DNA of 64,000 nucleotides, taken from a virus. Below, piece by piece: positions 57,843 through 64,000 of this stretch. Position numbers and translations under genes: made by a program. The number at the start of each line of letters is the position of its first letter. Position 1 is the first letter of the stretch. The stretch spans positions 83,568 to 147,567 of the IMG/VR virus record IMGVR_UViG_3300017917_001336; one strand, written 5' to 3'. The notes beneath the pieces are model-generated. The model worked only from the letters and a program-made list of their open reading frames with translations. It did not search any database and had not been told where the DNA came from.

Positions 57843-58272
57843 AACTAAAGTAATCAAAACTCTAGCTGAACAATTTAGTGTTGAGCTAGATAAGAAACTG
57901 CCAGTTACTATTTTGCCCAACGGAGGAATCCTTTATAAGGATTATCTAGTTAAGCAAATGAAAAACGGCAACTGGGGTGTGTACAATTACAGGCAAAAAA
58001 ATCTAATAGAGCAGTTCTACCTTAAAAGTTGTGCTCTTATGGCGGCAAAAGCCCACGCAAACACTAATTTAACTGCGTTTTTTGAAGTTAAGCATCTAGA
58101 TAATCGTTATTGGGCTAACCACTGTGATTTTGTTGTTTACAAAAATAATATAAAATCAGCAAAAGACTTTGATCGATACTTGGTTCTTCTTACTAGATTG
58201 GAAGAAAGCCAGCTTAAGGAAGCGTTCTATAAGGAAGAAATTTCCAATAAGTTTAAGTGGTCATTTGTATAA
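57817..58272 (+). CDS. hypothetical protein
   Basis: 151-aa ORF. Confidence 0.65.
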   Translation: MKKLTKKTKTKVIKTLAEQFSVELDKKLPVTILPNGGILYKDYLVKQMKNGNWGVYNYRQKNLIEQFYLKSCALMAAKAHANTNLTAFFEVKHLDNRYWANHCDFVVYKNNIKSAKDFDRYLVLLTRLEESQLKEAFYKEEISNKFKWSFV

Positions 58273-58302
58273 ATACGTAATAAGATTTCTAGGACAAGAA
58301 TC

Positions 58303-59304
58303 ATGCAAATTAGAGAATTTTCAAAACCAGTAACAAGCAAGCAGCTTAACGAAAGTTTAGCACAAAAGTTTGGTTACAGACTTCAGTTAGAGCAGTTTAC
58401 TGACATGCAACTAGAAGATGCACGTAACAAGTTACGTACACGTATTAGTCAAATGGAGTTGTCAGAAAGCTTCGACTCTATTCTTGAAAGCCCAGAGTAC
58501 CAAAAGACTCGCTTAATGTTAGATTGCATTAATCAGGAAATTCTAGAAAGAGAAATGACGCCTGGCGAAAAGAAGAAAGAAAAAGAAATCAAAGCAAAAA
58601 CTGACAAATCAGGGATGAAGCAATCTATGAAAAAACAATACGGTGAAGAAAAAGGCGAAAACGTTTACTTCGCAACCATTCGCAAACGTGCAATGGACGA
58701 ATCAATTCCAGAAAGCTGGATTGACTCAGCAATCAGTCGTTTAGAACTAGGCGAATCAGACAATGAAGAGCTAAAGGCAGAATTAGCAGTACGTTATGAC
58801 ATCAAAGAATCAGTAGCTAGCTGGTTGTTATGTGAAGGCGAAGAAGATAAAGCTGAGACTATCATTGCTACCAAAGATATGGTTGACCGTATTACTAGCT
58901 GGTTGGAAGACGTCGCTGCAATGAAGTCAGAACAGTTATTAGAATTATTAGACTCTATAAGAGATACACAAGGTAGTGACGTAGCACAACGTTACAATGA
59001 CGCAATTAAACCAGCACTTGAATCAGTATATTCAGCATTAGAACAATCACGCGAAGGCTTATCAAATGCTTTAGCTGTTGTTTCAGGCAAAGAAATTTCA
59101 ACAATGGGCTCAGCTACACCAGGCGCAATGGGTGGTGCACCAGCTGACTTAGGTACAGGCGCAGGCGAACTAACTCCTCCAATTGGTGGAGCAGAAGGCG
59201 AAGAAGAACTACCACCTCCAGCAGCAGAAGTAGGCAGAGAAAAACGTGAAAGCGTTGATTACAGCAGACGCTTAGGCATGTTGCTAGCATCAAAAAAAAA
59301 GTAA
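58303..59304 (+). CDS. acidic helical late protein (head core/scaffold-like)
   Basis: TAAATA; Glu-rich helices with several L-x-E sites. Confidence 0.45.
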   Translation: MQIREFSKPVTSKQLNESLAQKFGYRLQLEQFTDMQLEDARNKLRTRISQMELSESFDSILESPEYQKTRLMLDCINQEILEREMTPGEKKKEKEIKAKTDKSGMKQSMKKQYGEEKGENVYFATIRKRAMDESIPESWIDSAISRLELGESDNEELKAELAVRYDIKESVASWLLCEGEEDKAETIIATKDMVDRITSWLEDVAAMKSEQLLELLDSIRDTQGSDVAQRYNDAIKPALESVYSALEQSREGLSNALAVVSGKEISTMGSATPGAMGGAPADLGTGAGELTPPIGGAEGEEELPPPAAEVGREKRESVDYSRRLGMLLASKKK

Positions 59305-59312
59305 TTAAAGAA

Positions 59313-59642
59313 ATGGTTGACCCCTTGGTTATGACACTAAGGGGCATCCAAGCAGACGCAGACAACAAAGGAGTAGAAGCTCCTATGACATGGGATGCGC
59401 TCAATTCAATCAATACCGGAATGGGTTCTCCAAACATTGACTATGATCGTTTTGCTGCCCAATGGGAAGCAGAAGGTGAAGAAGGCATTTTACATCAATT
59501 AGTAGATAGATTCGACGGTAACGGTGTAGTTATTAAGACCAAAGACCAAGAAGACGAACTACCTCAACAAGGCCAAGAGAAAGAAGCAGAAAGCGAAATC
59601 TCTAAAATGGCAAAACGTGTTACAAGAAAAAAGTTCGGATAA
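59313..59642 (+). CDS. hypothetical protein
   Basis: 109-aa ORF. Confidence 0.6.
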   Translation: MVDPLVMTLRGIQADADNKGVEAPMTWDALNSINTGMGSPNIDYDRFAAQWEAEGEEGILHQLVDRFDGNGVVIKTKDQEDELPQQGQEKEAESEISKMAKRVTRKKFG

Positions 59643-59677
59643 TTGACATGTAGAGTTGTATAGTATATAATTACTAT

Positions 59678-60394
59678 ATGACTCTATTAACCGAAAGATA
59701 TGACTACACTCCTTTGGACAGGGAAAGTGTAGAGGGCAAGCGATTATACGCTACGCCCGACGGCAACAAGTTGCCATCCGTAACAACAATCCTAGACAAG
59801 ACTAAACCGTGGGAAAAGGTGCAAGCCTTACTTAATTGGAAAAAGTCTGTTGGTGAAAAGAAAGCACAAGAGATTGTAACAGAAGCTGCAGGACGTGGCA
59901 CACGAATGCACAAGTACCTTGAGGATTATATTACACAAGGTGTTTTAAATGAACCTGGTTCAAATCCGTACTCTGTTCAAAGCCACAAGATGGCCAAACA
60001 CATTATCGAAAACGGACTTAAAAACGTTAATGAAGTTTGGGGTGTTGAGGTTGGACTGTACTATCCAGGATTATATGCTGGCTCAACAGACTGTGTAGGC
60101 ATACACCTTAATGAGCCAGCAATCATGGACCATAAGCAAACTAACAAGCCTAAAAAAGAAGAGTGGATCGAAGACTACTACTTACAAATGGTTGCTTATG
60201 CCCTAGCACACAACGAAGTACACAAAACTAATATCCGCAAGGGTGTAGTGTTTATGTGTGTAAAACCCCCAGAAATTAAACCGTTAGTTTGGGGAGATCC
60301 TGCATATCAAGAATTTGTACTTACACCTGATAAATTTGATTACTGGGAAAAACAGTGGTGGAATAGAGTGGAACAATACTACCGCGAAAACTGA
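59678..60394 (+). CDS. PD-(D/E)XK exonuclease (Cas4/RecB-like)
   Basis: PSVTTIL, RGTRMH, E..L, AGSTD, IMDHK, YYLQMVAY. Confidence 0.85.
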   Translation: MTLLTERYDYTPLDRESVEGKRLYATPDGNKLPSVTTILDKTKPWEKVQALLNWKKSVGEKKAQEIVTEAAGRGTRMHKYLEDYITQGVLNEPGSNPYSVQSHKMAKHIIENGLKNVNEVWGVEVGLYYPGLYAGSTDCVGIHLNEPAIMDHKQTNKPKKEEWIEDYYLQMVAYALAHNEVHKTNIRKGVVFMCVKPPEIKPLVWGDPAYQEFVLTPDKFDYWEKQWWNRVEQYYREN

Positions 60395-60420
60395 TAAATA
60401 TCCAATAAGAGGATATAATT

Positions 60421-62649
60421 ATGGCAGTTGTGCAAATCAGCCGTATTCAAATACGCAGAGGTAAATCGCTTGAAGGAACCGGGCTTCCCCAACTAGCGTC
60501 GGGCGAATTAGCTTGGTCGTTAGATACCCAAGAACTGTACATTGGTAACGGTTCTGTTGCTGAGGGCTCTCCTGCGGTTGGAAATACAAAAATTCTAACA
60601 GAGCGTGACCTTACATCACAAGGTAACATTCTTAACTTAATTAACCACACATACAAAGTTACTGACCCAGGTATACAAACTGGGCCTACAATTAACAGTC
60701 CTATATCACGTACTATACAAGAACGTTTTGATGATAGAGTAAGTGCTGTAGACTTCGGAGCAGTGGGTGATGGAGTTATTGATGATACTAGCGCATTACA
60801 ACGTGCTATCAACCAATTGTATCTAAATTCAACTACAAAAGCATCTGCTGACATTGCTGACGGTGTTAAGTCTCGTGTTGTGCTAACTCTTGCTCCTGGA
60901 ATTTATAAAATTACTGATACATTGTATATTCCAAGCTATGCTACATTAGTTGGAGCAGGTTCAAATAAAACTATTATTTCATACACAGGTACTGGGCCAG
61001 CTATACAATTTGTAAATGATTCTTCAACAATAGGCAACCCAAGTACTATTGGCAATACTTTAGGAAACACACAACCTCGCTATATTGAACTTAGTGGGTT
61101 AACTGTGTTTACTAATACAAATAACGAAATAGCTTTAAAATTAGATGCTGTACGAAATAGCACATTTACAGATATTATTGTTAAAGGTAACTGGTTAGAA
61201 GTTGTGAACGCTAATAGCAAAGGTATCGAAATGAACGCAGTATCTGCATTAGTTACTTGTAGCGATAACGTATTTTCTAAAGTAACAGTAACAGGGTTTA
61301 CAACAGGCATATACGCTAAACAAGATATTATTAATAATTCATTTAATGATTGTAACATATATGATGTTAGACAGGGATTTGTATTAGGAGACGAGGCCGA
61401 CGGTACTACTGTTGGACAACAATATGGACCTAGACAAACATCCATTGTTCGTTGCAAGTTTGAAAATATTAAACAACATGCGGTATATGTTGATAGAGGA
61501 ACAGGTACAACAACTCGCGATTGTAAATTAATTAATGTAGGCAACGACGGCGCTGGCGTTTATTATCCGGCATACCCTCAAATTTATTTTGGTCGTCCTG
61601 GCAACTCAAGCCAGAATGATCAATCAGATAGAGAAGCTTTAGGTTCTGAGCAATCATTTACTATTGAATTAGAATTAAGTACACCTATTACTGCTAGTAA
61701 AGGCGATTTGTTTAAACAACTAACAACAAACGTTCAGGCTATACTTAAAGAAGATGTTGTGAATACTAGATTTGTAACAGTCGTTACTCAATATACTACA
61801 CCATTCAACAACTTTAGTAACATTTCTATTAATAATAATATTACACCAGGACTTCCGAAGACTATTGAAATCAGTTCGTCTAGTACAACTGCATTTACAA
61901 CAACAGACACTACTGAAGAGCTTACTGTTGGAACAGCTATTGTGTTTAGCGGGTCAGTGTTTGGTGGTGTTATTGCTGGTACAACATACTATGTCCAAGG
62001 CATTACTGATGGCTTTACATTTTCTATAAGTGATAGTTTAGGCGGCCCCCAAAAAACTTTAGGGTTATCAAGTGGAGTAATGACAGCTACATTTGCACCA
62101 ACAATACATCCGTTTACTGTTGGGAATTCTATGATAGTTCCGTATATTCCAGAAGTAACCGGCTGGGGAACTTATAATTCATATGGTTCAAGACAAAAAG
62201 ATGTTGGCTATTTTGCACTAAACTTGTTAGATCCTAACGTAAAGGCGTTAATTGGATTACTACCAATATCAACATTATCAACAGGCTCTGGCGCAGGCTC
62301 TATAACTTACAAAATTGATTATTTGTATAAGAGTAGAGTTCATAATTTTAGTAAATCGGGTACACTAACATTAGTAGTTGATATTGATGCAAGCAATTCA
62401 GAGTTGACTACTATTTCCCAACTAACAGACGACTATAACGTTTCTGGAATATCAGATGAGGATGCTCTTAAATTTGATATCTCAGCTGTGTTGCTAAATG
62501 AAAGTGGTAATACATTCTCTGGGTTAGGTGATGTACCAACATCAATTGCCCTGCAATATGTAAACACTATTAGTTTTAGTAGTGTACCAGATTCTGGTGC
62601 GTTCATTTATTCTTATACTTCAACAGCTACATATCTAACCATAATTTAA
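60421..62649 (+). CDS. tail-associated protein with pectate-lyase-like beta-helix
   Basis: ISRIQIRRG..LPQLASGELAW; VDFGAVGDGVIDDTSALQRAI; beta-helix repeats. Confidence 0.75.
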   Translation: MAVVQISRIQIRRGKSLEGTGLPQLASGELAWSLDTQELYIGNGSVAEGSPAVGNTKILTERDLTSQGNILNLINHTYKVTDPGIQTGPTINSPISRTIQERFDDRVSAVDFGAVGDGVIDDTSALQRAINQLYLNSTTKASADIADGVKSRVVLTLAPGIYKITDTLYIPSYATLVGAGSNKTIISYTGTGPAIQFVNDSSTIGNPSTIGNTLGNTQPRYIELSGLTVFTNTNNEIALKLDAVRNSTFTDIIVKGNWLEVVNANSKGIEMNAVSALVTCSDNVFSKVTVTGFTTGIYAKQDIINNSFNDCNIYDVRQGFVLGDEADGTTVGQQYGPRQTSIVRCKFENIKQHAVYVDRGTGTTTRDCKLINVGNDGAGVYYPAYPQIYFGRPGNSSQNDQSDREALGSEQSFTIELELSTPITASKGDLFKQLTTNVQAILKEDVVNTRFVTVVTQYTTPFNNFSNISINNNITPGLPKTIEISSSSTTAFTTTDTTEELTVGTAIVFSGSVFGGVIAGTTYYVQGITDGFTFSISDSLGGPQKTLGLSSGVMTATFAPTIHPFTVGNSMIVPYIPEVTGWGTYNSYGSRQKDVGYFALNLLDPNVKALIGLLPISTLSTGSGAGSITYKIDYLYKSRVHNFSKSGTLTLVVDIDASNSELTTISQLTDDYNVSGISDEDALKFDISAVLLNESGNTFSGLGDVPTSIALQYVNTISFSSVPDSGAFIYSYTSTATYLTII

Positions 62650-62868
62650 AATAAATCCGTTACCAAACCATTTGACCTTATCAAAAAATACGTATATTAT
62701 TATGTTCGTATCAATGATAAGGTTTTTACATTTTTAAATTAACAATAAATCTTGCAAAATCGGGTTGTAAACCGTTGTGAATCAAGAAGAATTAACAGGT
62801 TGGGTCTATCCACTAAATACTTCCTAAACACGGAAAAGACCCCAAACAATTTGTGAGAGCGTAGCAGA

Positions 62869-64000
62869 ATGACAAACATAACAGTAATTAAAAGAAGCGG
62901 GAACAAAGAACCATTAGCAGTAGAAAAGTGGCAAGCTCAAGTAGCAAAAGTATGTCAAGGTATAGCAGATGTAAGTCAATCAATGATTGAAATTAAAAGT
63001 CAGCCACACTTTTATGACGGTATCACAACTAAAGAAATTGACGAGGTTACTTTACGTGCTATTGTTGATTTGATTGACGTAGAACATAACCCAGATATTG
63101 GCCACACTAACTATCAATATGTAGCAGGTAAACAACGCCTATCAATGTTGCGTAAAGATGTGTACGGCGACTATCAAGTTCCACACATTTACGAAATTGT
63201 AAAGAAAAACATAGAAGTAGGGTTATACACACCTGAGTTGCTTGAATGGTATTCGGAAGAAGACTGGAACAAGATGAACGATATGCTCGAACATGACAAA
63301 GACGAGCAGTACAGTTACGCTGCAATTGAGCAACTTATTGAAAAATATCTAGTACGCAATCGTGCTACTAAAGAAATTTACGAAACACCCCAAATTAGAT
63401 ACATGGTCGCCGCGGCAACTGTGTTCCATAAAGAAGAGCCCAACTCGGCTCGTATGAAGTACATTAAGGAGTATTACAATGCGGCTTCAGACGGTTTATT
63501 TACTCTCGCTACTCCTGTTCTTGCTGGGCTTGGAACTCCCACTAAGCAGTTCAGTAGTTGTGTTCTCATTCGCAGTGATGATGATCTTGACTCCATTTTT
63601 GCTTCTGGCGAAATGATGGCTAAGTATGCTAGTAAACGTGCTGGCATTGGTTTAGAAATTGGCAGACTTCGTCCACTAGGCAGTCCTATTCGCGGTGGCG
63701 AGATCATGCACACTGGTATGATTCCTTTTTTGAAGAAGTGGTTTGGTGACTTACGTTCTTGCTCACAAGGTGGCATTCGAAATGCTAGTGCTACAGTCTT
63801 TTATCCTATTTGGCATCATCAGTTTGATGACCTCATTGTTCTTAAGAATAATCAAGGAACTGAAGAAACTCGCGTTAGACACATGGACTACGGAGTGGTG
63901 CTATCAGCGTTCTTTTGGCGTCGTTTTAAAAACAAAGAAAATATTACTTTCTTTGATCCTAACGAAGTACCTGATCTTTACGAAGCCTTCTATAAGAATA
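62869..64000 (+). CDS. nrdA: ribonucleoside-diphosphate reductase class Ia alpha subunit (truncated by window end)
   Basis: Read from sequence: ATP cone MTNITVIKRSGNKE, NYQYVAG, ETPQ, TPVLAGLGTPTKQFSSCVL, AGIG, CSQGGIRN. Confidence 0.93.
   Translation, partial: MTNITVIKRSGNKEPLAVEKWQAQVAKVCQGIADVSQSMIEIKSQPHFYDGITTKEIDEVTLRAIVDLIDVEHNPDIGHTNYQYVAGKQRLSMLRKDVYGDYQVPHIYEIVKKNIEVGLYTPELLEWYSEEDWNKMNDMLEHDKDEQYSYAAIEQLIEKYLVRNRATKEIYETPQIRYMVAAATVFHKEEPNSARMKYIKEYYNAASDGLFTLATPVLAGLGTPTKQFSSCVLIRSDDDLDSIFASGEMMAKYASKRAGIGLEIGRLRPLGSPIRGGEIMHTGMIPFLKKWFGDLRSCSQGGIRNASATVFYPIWHHQFDDLIVLKNNQGTEETRVRHMDYGVVLSAFFWRRFKNKENITFFDPNEVPDLYEAFYKN

Noticed and set aside
59678-60394. Cas4 as part of a CRISPR-Cas system
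   Set aside because: No array or other cas genes and no Fe-S Cys cluster; an ordinary phage PD-(D/E)XK exonuclease.

Overview
This window is 64 kb of a large lytic tailed dsDNA phage (Caudoviricetes) with T4-like logic: gp61-type primase, gp41/DnaB-type helicase, TAAATA late promoters and class Ia NrdA. It uses the standard genetic code. Its host-like genes (hemA-type ALA synthase, AlgH, DksA/TraR, HldD-like epimerase, YbaN) point to a proteobacterial host. Layout: 1-10 kb replication genes, a carbamoyltransferase and a tail fibre; 10-24 kb a minus-strand early/host-takeover island with about 35 small ORFs, 16 near-consensus sigma70 promoters and 2 tRNAs; 24-38 kb middle genes including a paralog array; 38-64 kb late, virion and cargo genes, metabolic genes and the start of nrdA. 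The main signals are in the early island. (1) A 3'-UTR/terminator RNA (11156-11297, minus strand) shows the loop AUUCGCUCC twice, the exact complement of an extended RBS (GGAGCGA) conserved before 14-16 early genes. This looks like a phage-encoded anti-RBS RNA regulating the whole early class. (2) A 1.27-kb tract (18467-19737) has no GA or GG on the + strand, i.e. no TC or CC on the coding strand, and its four genes encode no proline. (3) Two inverted GCGAAGC-hairpin elements bracket the island. (4) A duplicated divergent-promoter/small-RNA module may be a replication origin. All function calls come from motifs read by eye; no database searches were run.
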